NCBI GenBank assembly: GCA_032718475.1 | Contig: JAUCBJ010001348.1 | Coordinates: 1-43,922, forward strand | DNA length: 43,922 nucleotides | Source of the DNA: Nemertoderma westbladi | Lineage: Eukaryota; Animalia; Xenacoelomorpha | Reading direction: 5' to 3' | Part shown: one piece after another, positions 1 to 12,200 of the stretch | Layout of the letters: every line of letters begins with the position of its first letter | How positions within the stretch are numbered: the stretch's first letter is position 1 | Translations under genes and position numbers: made by a program | The notes under the pieces: model-generated | The model's input: only the letters and a program-made list of their open reading frames with translations | Databases searched by the model: none | What the model was told of the DNA's origin: nothing

Positions 1-41
1 ACTGAGACAGGGCAGCACGGTACCGATAGCTACAGTCTGAC

Positions 42-951
42 CAGGTTGGAATTTATGTAGAGTTTGCTCAACATGTGTGGCGCGGATTAAGGATCCTGGC
101 GCGTAGTGACAGGGGCGTGTGGCGCGGATTAAGGATCCTGGCGCGTAGTGACAGGGGCGTGTGGCGCGCATTGAGGATCCTGGCGGTCCTGGCGCGAATA
201 TGGATGTAGGGTTAGGTTAGGACAGTAGGAGGTTGCGTAGCAGTGCACTAGCAACACATCCCACTCTACAGCTCTATTTGAAATTATTCCATACAGCCAT
301 AGTTTTAAAAAGATTGAAAAATGTCCGCTCGCTTCGCTCGCGTTTATACTGTAAGCCTACTCTTAGCACTGTCTGGCTGTGGACAAATGGAAACAGACAG
401 ATTGAGCATGACCATTAAAAACATGACTTGTTTCAAAAGTTTTTCAATTGTCAGATTCTTCAAACCAATAAAACCATGACAGCCTGCATGATTCAGCAGA
501 ATTTCCGTGCTCGCTACGCTCGCCAGCTCGCAATTTAATGACATCTGCATTTCTGCATTTGAAAACAGTCGGTTTGCCTACTTTAAATGCTGAAATGTTA
601 AAATTTTCGTGCTCGCTACGCTCGCATCTTGATCACATCTGCATTTAAAAACAGTCAGTTGACGTTGACCTACTACTAGGCCTACAACTACAGCACTATC
701 TGACTATTACTGTCAGACTGTATTTATGTTTAACATGAAGTTGGAAAATTTCCTTGCTCGCTACGCTCGCATTTTAATGTTAAAATACTGTAGGGCTGCA
801 GCATTATAAACTGATAAATTATTAAAATTAAGCAATTACTGCAAAATTTCATAGTCAATTGTTGGCTTGGCGCGCATTAGATATCATGGCTGGCGCGATT
901 TTCGTTTAACCAGAACGCGTGTGGCGCGCTTTTTGTCAGTATTCCATATAG
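42..951. mobile_element. Putative non-autonomous DNA transposon (MITE-like) with GGCGCG-rich ends and internal GCTCGCTACGCTCGC repeats
   Basis: TGGCGCG words cluster at both ends (75-197 and 868-930). Four spaced copies of GCTCGC(T/W)CGCTCGC lie at about 326, 509, 611 and 756. The termini share only a weak inverted core (caggttggaat / attccatatag), and agtctgac flanks both sides (34-41, 954-961). Confidence 0.35.
75..185 (+). repeat. 42-bp tandem repeat, two exact copies plus a partial third
   Basis: gtgtggcgcggattaaggatcctggcgcgtagtgacaggggc at 75-116 and 117-158, with a diverged partial copy from 159. Confidence 0.9.
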
Positions 952-1259
952 GCAGTCTGACAGTTCAGCAGTTGCAAGATTGACGTCATCCTTGCACCCA
1001 CATGGCACATGGCAGCAGACAAGCTGTAGTCAAGCCATGTACTGATGTACAGTACAGCAGTACATCGGTCTGTCGGTATACAGTAGCAGTAGCCAGGTAT
1101 CAGTCTGACAGTAGTAGTGCAGTAGTGCAGTAAGTACCGCTACCGGCTGACCGGTAATTGACAGATTGAGTTGTAATTCATATCCATCTGTCCGTACCTG
1201 TGTTATTTTCGTAGGCCTATATCAGTATATTGCAAAAATAAACTGTAACCTAGCCTATG

Positions 1260-2000
1260 TTATTGCTGTATGCTGTCTTGAGTTATCGTTTATTGTTTTG
1301 GTTAGAAAAGCCCGCAACTGCAACTCTAACCTGTTCCTTTCTGCCTTTCCGTTAAATAAGAAATCTCGGGAGAAAACTGGGGAGTGTCAGAGTGTTCTCA
1401 GCATACAGGAACAGGCCTAGGCTGAGAAGACTTTACAACGGTCAGACGGTAGTCATGCTGTCATGGTAGTGTAATTAATTTACCATCTTATGACTCGACT
1501 GGCTAACTGCTGAACTGGATGATAGCAGAAGCAGTGCAGACAGAAACAGTGACACAGAACGCCTGACAGGGACAACAGTCTGAGAGTCCGCCAGTCCAGC
1601 AGTCCGCGATGCATACCAGACCAGCAGACTGCCAGACACAGGCAACCGCAACAGGCTGTGCTACTGTCAGACTGTATACCGTATTGACAAATATCTGAAT
1701 ATCGCAGTCGCAGCAGCGCAGTGTTCGAGTGTGGAGTGGCTGGTGGCTGAGTGGATACAGCGACAGCGCCTGAATTTCTTCCATAATACTCTAATAGGCC
1801 TAGCTGCCTAGTGTTTGGCGGCGCAGGTTGAACTGTTGAAATGCAGAAATGGGGCTAAAGCTAAAGGTTGTCTGGCTGTAGAAATTGCGCATTGTTGTGT
1901 CCCTAAGCAAGACATTTTAGTTAGACAAAGCCTACGCAGATTGAGGTTAGTTCTTGCTGCAGTAGGCTGGTCCTGGCAGCGTGGCAGCCTGGTAGAACTA
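1260..2000 (+). pseudogene. Possible highly decayed THAP-domain transposase relic (Kolobok-like)
   Basis: Fragments in THAP order across frames: YCC (1261), FPLNKKSREK..W (1346-1380), CSQH (1393-1404), EDF (1426-1434). Downstream, ELLKC...GCLAVEIAHCC...LVLAA is reminiscent of THAP-linked DDE transposases. Confidence 0.25.
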
Positions 2001-3216
2001 CCAGACTACGGACACATGGAAACCCAACGGCAGGCATCAGAGCGGCCACAACCAGACACCACTTGCTGACTTGGCAGTAATGTCTGAATGGGAAGCTGGC
2101 AGCCTGGATTATGCCTGCCTGCTCCTGCGGCTGCCTGGGCCTGCCTTCTGGTAGCTGAGGGTAGTAAACTATTAATTATTTAGTTTCCGGTCAGGCGGTA
2201 TAATACAGAAGCATAAGTCAGTAAGTGTAGGATTAGGATAGGCTCTCACCTATCAGCCTATATCAGTATATATTTAATAGGTCTACCACTACCAGCAGTC
2301 AGCACATTTCGGCAAGAATGGTTTTTAGCGACAAGCAGAATAGCCTGCCACCCGGATTTTAACTGTGGGATTTTTATCATCTATTGTCTATATAGGCAAA
2401 CCCAAAGGTACCGTACATACAAAAAAATGTGGCACGTTTGTCAATTTTGGTACAATTTAACCGTCTTTTGTCACAAAGCCACTCCAGCCAGCCAGTATAC
2501 AGGTATGGGTATATGATGTAATAGAATCGGAATTTCGTTTCGTAGTAGCTGATATATGGGCGTTCGAAAGTTGAATGTCTTTGCATCTGCATAATGATAT
2601 TTATGGAATATATTACATTCTATCAAGGCCATCATAATTTATATTTTACGATGGCCTTGTTTCTATTTAATCAATAGACCTACAACATATTCTAGAACAT
2701 TTTATTTATGCATGAATTGCTTCGTAAGTAATATGATAGGTATTACTACTCATATATACGAGATAAATACTGAAATATAATGATTTCAGAATTCTGTCAT
2801 TCTTATTTATTAGATATAATGAATGGCCTCCAGCTGTGGGCGCACGCAAAATATGCAACTTTTCAACGCTAATATCTCAGCTATATTTAAACGAAATTTA
2901 GTCTTATGGCGTCCCAAACGCTGAGTAAAATTGCTCATGTTTGCACATTCCTGCCTATCCCAAAGTTACATCTTTTATTTGGTTTTAATTTTTAATTGGG
3001 AAGTAAGGATTCTAATAATATATATTATTATGCTTCGTATTACACAAACATGAACTCTATAATCTGATCAATTAATGCCCCCTTCACCTTCATTTATATT
3101 ATTTACCCTTTATACATACTTATTAGGCCTTTATAATTTTTAAGTTTGTACTTTTGCTTGAGAACAGTATTTTTATAAGCTAATAATGTTAGTAATGTAT
3201 TGTAACTCATTGTAAG

Positions 3217-6200
3217 ATGAATAAAGAAAAAAACATGCAATGGATATTCAAGTTTTATTCGAAATATATTGAGAGCCCTGAATTATGGACATTATCAGAT
3301 CATGAAGAATTTATATTGAAAATTGCATCAGTCTCAACCTCGCATTATCTTGAGGTTAATACCTTGTCTTATAGATATTTGTCAACATCATTGTCTCCAT
3401 TTCATCGATTTCAGCATCTCTATGAAAATGGGAATCAAAATATAAGTGATTTGAAGAAACATTCGAATCAAATATCTGATGATGCCATTCTATGGGCTTG
3501 TTATTTAATTATTAACTCCAAACCATCACTATATGCAAAATTGTGGGATTGGAGGCCAATTATTGATCTCTGGTTGGAAAATTCGACGAAGACACAGACT
3601 CAAACATGGTATGCATTTTGCTGTGTAGCAATATTATTTAAGTTTTCAAACTACCATATCGAGAATATATGCTCAAATTACTTTAAATTAGATGTGATGC
3701 CATCCAATTATGCACTCGACAGAAGTCAAATGGACATGTATTTTGACCCGAAAAAATGTTATTTGGAGCATGTCTATGAATATAATTTACTTCCCATAGA
3801 ATCATATTGCCGTAATATAGGCTGTAATGTTGACATGCATACTTCCGTTACTATTTGTGGAAGTAATTTCATGATGTTGCCCTCTAAAACGATGCCAGAC
3901 TCATATATTCCTCTTATGGTTGAAGTCACATCTTCAATGGAAAATTTTAGAAACTTGTGTAGTTATATGGTAGGCAATCGTGCTATACTTTTATCGGGAT
4001 CAATGTGTTCAGGAAAATCATTACTAATCCGACATATGGCTTCTCTTACGGGGAGACACGGGCCACCTGAGTTGTTGACTGTAACTGTTGGTCATCAAAT
4101 GGATTGTAAATTCCTTGTGGGATCATATAAGTGCACTGCCATACCTGGGGAATTTGTGTGGCAACCGGGCATTTTAACCCAAGCTGTGACTAATGGCCAC
4201 TGGTTGGTTCTTGAAGACATAGATGAAGCACCGATGGAGTTCATATCTTTACTTCTTCCCCTACTGGAAAGCTGGAAGCTTTATGTTCCTGCATTGGGTA
4301 TAACATTGTCATGTCATCCAACATTTAGGATATTTGCATCACAAACTATTCATACAAGACAAGAATATCCCAATGTCAACCATTACAATCTATTGAAGGG
4401 TCTATTTGTTACTGTTCATTTGAATTCGCCAAATAGCAACGAGATGCATCAGATAATATCGAAGCAGTACACAAAGCTAGTCCCTATATCACACAAACTA
4501 ATTGAGATATATGACTCAGTTAGAAGTAAATCTCTTAGTATTAGAGATGCACCTAACTCTATAAGTGCACGAAATCTTTTAAAATTTTGTAAACGCATCA
4601 ATATTGAAAATTTGCTTGATAATTCTGCCACAACAGCTTATCAAATTTTCCAAGAGGCGTTGGATAGCTTTGTTTCTAGTTATGGAAATGATGAAATAGT
4701 TTTGAATTTATCGCAATCTATTGCTGATACATTGAGTATCTCCAGGGAGAAATTGGACTACTTTTGTTTAAGATATAAGCCACAGCTTTTACTTGGCAAA
4801 CGCACATTAGAGATAGGAAGAGCTACACTACTGCGAAATGATTCTCTAATAATTTCAAACTCTCAAAACGAATTAGCACATACCCGACATTTATTGTGCT
4901 TAGTTGAGCGAGTTGCTATGTGTATTGTGCATCAGGAACCAGTGCTTTTGGTAGGGGAATCGGGTTGTGGAAAAACGGCATGCCTTCAATATTTGGCATC
5001 TCTCCTAAATAAAACATTTACTGTTATTAACTTGAGTCAATACAGCGAAGCATCTGATTTGATAGGTGGATTCAAGCCTGTTAAATTTAGTCAGGTTATA
5101 ATTCCTTTATATGACAATTTTTGTAATTTGTTCTCAAGGACATTTATTTCCAGCAAAAACGAACGTTTTATTGGCCATGTTCAATCTTGTCTCCATAGTG
5201 GCAGGTGGTCTGACCTTCTAAATCTATTGTGTCATGTATCTAATCAGGGGATTAGGCTGTCTAGTCTTAAATGTTTTAGTGATGAGTGGACAATATTAAA
5301 TGACCAATTGCATCAGTTATTGAAAAATATGAATCAAATGAAGTCAGCCCTATGCTTTAAGTATATCGAGGGTGTATTATGCAATGCACTCCAAAATGGT
5401 CACTGGGTTCTACTGGATGAAATTAATCTTGCAACTTCTGAAACACTGAGCTGTATATCTGATATCTTAGAATCGAATACTGGGTCAATTCTACTGACAG
5501 AACGTGGAGATATTATGCCTATTGAGAGAAATTCTGAGTTTAGACTGTTCGCATGCATGAACCCTGCCACAGACATTGGCAAGAGGGAAATGCCTCTAAA
5601 CCTTAAGTCGAGGTTTACTGAAATATATGTATCCGATCTACATGATCAAATAGATCTCAGGGTGTTGGTCAGTCATTACTTAAAGAGTCTTAATCCTGCT
5701 CCTAAATTTGTTGATGGTGTTGTTACTTTTTATTTAACTTTAAAGAAAATTGCCAAGACTAAATTAATAGATGGCACAGGTCACAGGCCTCACTACAGTC
5801 TACACACTCTATGCAGATCTTTGATGCATGCAACATCTTCGAAACCCTTCCCTTCTTTGGAACGGCGACTTTATGAAGGATTGGCATTGGGTTTTCTTTC
5901 TCAACTTGATAGAGACAGTCACCCCATTGTAGAAAAACTAATAATACATTATGTTATTGGTAGAGAGAGGGCGCGATTAATTTTAAAGAATGCTTTACCT
6001 GAACCAAGTCATGGGAAGTTTGTAAAGGTAGAAGGCTACTGGCTACTATGTGGAGACCAAGAAGAAAATACTCTCAAAGACAAGTACATCCTTACAAATA
6101 GTGTAAGAGAAAATCTCAGAGATTTATCACGTGTTGTATCCTCTGGATTGTTTCCTGTTTTGTTACAAGGTGAAACTTCAGTAGGCAAAACAAGTTTAAT

Positions 6201-9200
6201 CCAATATTTGGCTTCTGTTACTAACAATGTTTGTGTTCGCATTAACAACCATGAACACACTGACATCCAGGAATATATTGGTGGGTATGTTGCCAATGAG
6301 AGTGGCGAGCTTGTGTTTACGGAAGGTGTGCTGATAAGTGCAATGCGGAAAGGTCACTGGGTACTTTTAGATGAGCTAAATTTGGCCCCTTCTGATGTTC
6401 TGGAAGCACTAAACCGTCTACTGGATAGCAATAGAGAGTTATATATTACTGAAACACAGACTACTGTTAAGGCAGAGCCAGGGTTCATTTTATTTGCAAC
6501 TCAGAATCCTACTGGATCATATGGAGGCCGTAAGTCATTATCTCGGGCCTTTCGTAATCGGTTTGTTGAGCTTCACTTCATGGACATACCTGCTAGGGAG
6601 TTAGAAATAATTTTGAAAGACCGCTGCTTACTTCCTGCCAGCTATTGCAACAAGATGGTTGCTGTTATGTTAGAATTACAGTCTCTTAGAAAAAGCAGTG
6701 GTCTTTTCTCTGGCAAACATGGGTTTATAACATTACGTGATTTGTTTAGATGGGGTGAGAGATTTCAGAAGGCCTCAGTGCTTGAAATACAGTCTACCTT
6801 CCATGACTGGAATCAATATATTGCTGAGACTGGCTTTATGCTGCTTGGGGGTCGTGTTAGAAAATCCGAAGAAGAGGTCGTGATAAGAGATGTTATAGGT
6901 AAACATTTCCATAGAGTCATCAATGATTCAAAGCTATTTGTCCTGGATGAAGATGCTCACACTTTATCTCGTAATTTAATTTTGAAACTGTTAGCTGGTG
7001 TTGAAGGCTATCACCATATTTATTGGACTAAACCACTAATGAGAATGGCTATTCTCCTCGGCCAGGCTCTTATATTTGGTGAACCTGTACTTCTCGTAGG
7101 TGAAACTGGTTGTGGAAAGACAACATTATGTCAGCTTTTTGCTGCTGCATTTAAACAGACATTGGTGACTCTCAGTTGCCATATGCACACAGAAACATCA
7201 GATATTATTGGGGGGTTGAGACCCAATCGAGCAGAGGAAAATGCATCTCAGTTATTCAATTGGGTTGATGGTCCTTTGGTAATGGCAATGAAATTGGGCT
7301 CTATAATGTTACTAGATGAGATTTCTCTGGCGGATGATTCCATATTGGAAAGGATAAACAGTGTGCTGGATCCATCACATTCTATAACGCTTGCTGAAAA
7401 AGGCTCCACTGAGGATGAGGTTGAAGAAATTGTGGCTGATCAGTCCTTCCGCCTTGTTGCTACAATGAATCCAGGTGGTGATTATGGCAAAAAGGAATTA
7501 TCACCAGCTCTTAGAAATAGATTTACTGAAATATGGTGTTCTAATTCCACAGAATCCAGTGACATTATAAATATTATTGAACACAATATATCATCTCTTG
7601 TTCACTTTGGCAACCAGGAAGATGGAACCTCGGGTGCTGGTAAATTGATGTTGGACTTTATAACATTTATTAGCAATAATGTCTTTACTCCGAAATATAT
7701 TGTAACTGTCAGAGATATTTTATCATGGGTTACCTTCATTAATGTTTGCCATAAACAGAATATTAGTTTAGCAGAGTGCTATGTTCATGGTGCTTGTTTG
7801 GTGTTCTTGGATAACTTTGAATTATACAATGATTCCTCTAATCAACTGTATAACACTTGCCTTGAATATCTAACATCGCAAATGAAGGCTATAGATGGTA
7901 ATTTTCAGTTCCGCGTTTTCTTTGATCAGATCATATGCAATGATGCTAACTATTTTGGAGTATACCCGTTCTTTATAACTTCTGGTGCAAGTGACAGATC
8001 TGTCGATTATATATTCAAATCCAGTACAGTGTTTGGCAATTTCGTCAAGGTCTTAAGGGCAATGCAGATCCAGAAACCAATATTATTAGAAGGCAGTCCT
8101 GGTGTTGGTAAAACTAGTTTAATTGAAGCTATAGCCAAAGCATCAGGTAATGAAATTACACGTATAAACCTCTCTGAACAAACTGATATCAGTGATTTGT
8201 TTGGAGCAGACCTGCCTATAGATAATTGTGGTGAGATGAAATTGGCATGGAGAGATGGTCCTTTACTGTTAGCGCTCAAATGTGGTAACTGGGTTCTTTT
8301 TGATGAGTTAAACCTGGCATCTCAATCAGTTCTCGAAGGATTAAATGCTTGCCTAGACCACCGGGGAGAAATATATGTACCTGAGTTAAGCCGTACATTT
8401 AAAATCAAATATGGCCATTCCATGATATTCGCATGTCAAAATCCAATGAAGCAAGGTGGTGGAAGAAAGGGGCTCCCCAGAAGTTTTCTCAATCGTTTTA
8501 CACGAATATTCCTAAATGAGTATACTCTGGATGATATATTATTTATTTGCCAATCTTCATTTCCAATAATTGATTGTGAAGTCATACGTCTAATGGTTGA
8601 ATTCAATTTTCATTTGTATCAATCTATCACTGTTCTCAAGGAATTTGGACAAAAGGGGAGTCCATGGGAATTTAATTTGAGAGATTTGTTCCGATGGTGT
8701 CACCTTATGGAGAAATACCAGGAACCTGCTTTTTGGGATCCTGGACAATTTGTCAATGTGTTATATGCCAGTCGAATGAGAAGTATTGATGATAAATGTC
8801 AGGTATTTAATTGTTACAATTTGTTTATTTCAAAATCATCACTAAAGCTACCACATATTAGTTTACAAAGAAGAATCCAGTTTCATATCACTCCTGCAAA
8901 AGTGATAATTGGTAGCAGTGTGATAAAAAGAAGCACTGAAATTGATTTATCTGGTAAACTACCTCATTATAAATCATTATGCTTATTAACCAATCAATTA
9001 CAAGTGCTAGAAAGCATTGTACATTGTGTTAATATGGGATGGATGACGATTCTTGTAGGAGAGCGTGGTTCTGGCAAAACGTCCATCATTCAAACTCTTG
9101 CAATGCTTACAGGAAATCAGTTTCATACGATACCTGCTACTAGCGATATGGATGCAACTGAATTGCTTGGAGGCTTTGAACAGACAAACATCGACCGCCA

Positions 9201-12200
9201 GTTTTCCTTAATTGCAGATAAACTAGAATTTGTTACTCTAAGTTTATTGTACCATAAACTTCTTGACAAGAAATCTAGTGGTGATCTCCTGAATTGTTTA
9301 TCTGAATTAGAATGTATTAAGAAAAAATACTGTAGCAATGATAGGAATCAACTAAAGTTGAGAGTTGATATTTGCGTCAATATGTATAGAAAGCTGTTAC
9401 ATTTAGATCGGGAAAAGCAATATAATGATCAATTTTGTCTTATTGAACATCATTTATCTAAACTGAATACAAAGGTTAATATGCTTCGCACAGGCGCTTT
9501 TGAGTGGGTAGACAGTGCTCTAGTAACTGCTTTAAAAGAAGGACATTGGGTTGTTATTGACAATGCTAATCTATGCAATGCTTCTGTACTAGACCGTTTG
9601 AATGGCGTATTAGAGACTAGAGGATCGCTACTTTTGCATGAATGTGGTGAAGTTGATGGGTGTTTTCCATTAATTAAGCCTCACCCCAATTTTCGTTTGT
9701 TTTTAATCATGAATGATAGCAATGGTTCTATATCAAGAGCTATGCGAAACAGGGGTGTAGAATTGTGTGTTTCTGAACACTTCTCTGACATAGTAGAGCA
9801 CAAAGATTTGCTTACTCTTATATACCATTATGGAGTGACAGATTATACTATACGTGTTATTATACATGAAACATTTACAAAGTGTAGTACAACTTTAACT
9901 TTGAGAGGCTTATTACAAGTTTGCAAGACATATAGTGCTTTGGTTGATGCTGGTAGTGATATGTGGGATGCGTTTATGTTTTCAGTTTCAGGATATGATA
10001 GTGATTGGTGGGATTATATTATTAGTATTTATCCAGTGAAACCCGATACTGTTAGTCCAGAAAACCAGGATTATACTATATACCCAAACATTGAGTATAT
10101 TTGTAAGAACTCAACTATTGCTGGTGTTTGCCATGATATTGCACCAATAGAATCAATTTGTCAACGTTTAATTTTCAATACAAATGATAACTTACAGACG
10201 ATGTGCCTTTCTCTTTATTATTCAGTTCAAATTTATTTGGAAAAAACATCAGTCTTTAATATTAATTTTAGACAACATATGGTGAATCAGGTTGCCACAT
10301 ATTATTTATCTCCTATATTAAAATTATTAGGTCCACAACTAAACCCAAACATAAAACTTCAAAGTTGTGAGGTGATTATCCGCAGTCTATTACAACGGTG
10401 TGGATCGTTGACTGACCTACTCGCTTTACTACTTCCAAACATGAAGTTGTTACATGGAGTATCTGATGATTATTTACCATTTGACAATCGCCTTCTTCCT
10501 GGTTATTATAATCATCGAAGCCAAGGTCAGGCTCAAATTGATGAACATTCAAATCGAATTAATGCTCAACTGTATATTCACCAACTCTCAAATCGATTTG
10601 AGTATATTGTACGCACCATAATCCAACAAGAAATTGAACACCCAGATATATCTCCACTTGAGAGTTCAATAAAATATCCAGATGAGATTAATCGAAACCA
10701 TGGCATGGCGCAAGGGTGTCAAAAAATATTGTTTCCCTTGATAAAGGCCACATTTCTTGGATTGAAAAATTATGCTGCATTAGAAGAGTCCCTTACCAAC
10801 GATTTTATTATTTCATATTTTGTGGCAGTTCTGTCCTTGGAAAATTTCATTGATGCTTGCTTAAAAGCTCCTTATGATCAGATATTGGTTTCAATTATGT
10901 GGAATTATTTCAAAACTAATTTTGTTGACATTATAGATGTCAATATTTGTAAGGATTGGATTTTAATACTTGAGGGAGGATTAGGCTTCGATAATGAACT
11001 ATTAGAAATAGGTTCCACTTTGTTAGGGAAATTCTCTCCACCAAAACCATTTAAATCCAAGGAAATTGCAGCTATTTACACAAAGGCAAACCTTATTAAA
11101 CAAAGGTTGTCTATTCAAAGATCAGACCTAATGTTACCTTTTAAGCAGTCTTATCCCCGCTTGTCATATATTATTGATGGCGATAAAGATAACTTGTTGC
11201 CTACAGCTATGATGGCGATAACTAATTTGTTATCCGGAAGGCCTCTTGAAGCTGATATGGTACAGAAACTAGAGGATGTAGAAATCAATTTTGACAGCGG
11301 TGAACATTATTTAAACTATTTGTTAATGCAAAATAACCTCCAACAGTTTGCTTTTAATAGTTACTTTACCTTCTGGAATTTACTTCAGGAATTTCGATCT
11401 ATGTATGACAAGAAATCATCATGCGATTTTTTGGAACTGATCACCTCCTTATGGAATATGCCATTCCTTAATAGTACATTATTGTGGGGGTGTGGTGGTA
11501 GCAGTGAACATGAACAAGGTTTAGATTCCACAACAATGGTTGAACCATTTACACTCAAATCTGGACCAGGTCTGCTTTATACTCCATGTTTGTCATATAT
11601 GACTATGAACATATTAGATGGTTTCAAAACGACTTCCATAGCAGACAGCGATTTGTGTAGCAGTGCAGTAAACCGCGTAGTTGCCAATCTGTATCAACAT
11701 ATGTTGGTGGTTAGGTTACCTATATCAACTATCTTTAATGATTTCTTACTCAATTGGATACAGAGCTCTGTCCTAAAATTGTTTGATAAAAATGACTGTT
11801 CATTATCACTTCTTGATAATCCAAGTGTTGATGATGTTTGCCAGTATTGTGATAAATTTTTGTCTTTAATGCAAACTGAAAGTATTATCTCTCAACCAGG
11901 GTTGACATCTACGAATGATTTCAGATTACACATTGGAGAAAGTGTAGAGTCTCTCAAGAAAGCTCAGTTTTACAGTGATGCCCCTCTTGACACACCATTA
12001 CTCCATGGTTACACTGGTGACATTTCTTCAGGTCTTCAAAATATTTCGGTTCTAAAATATTTTGCTCAAATGTTTCATAACAATTTTGCCATTGCTCATT
12101 TTGCAAGCATTCTGGCAAAATCGTTAGCACCTGTTTTTCCATTTGATCCCATTCTGAGAGCGGATTGTGAAGCAACTACTATTAAGAATACCTTGGTTGC

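Noticed and set aside
75-185. Direct repeats as a CRISPR array
   Set aside because: Units are head-to-tail with no unique spacers, there are no cas genes, and the context is eukaryotic.
206-221. gtagggttaggttagg as a telomere
   Set aside because: Only about three imperfect units, internal to a repeat element.
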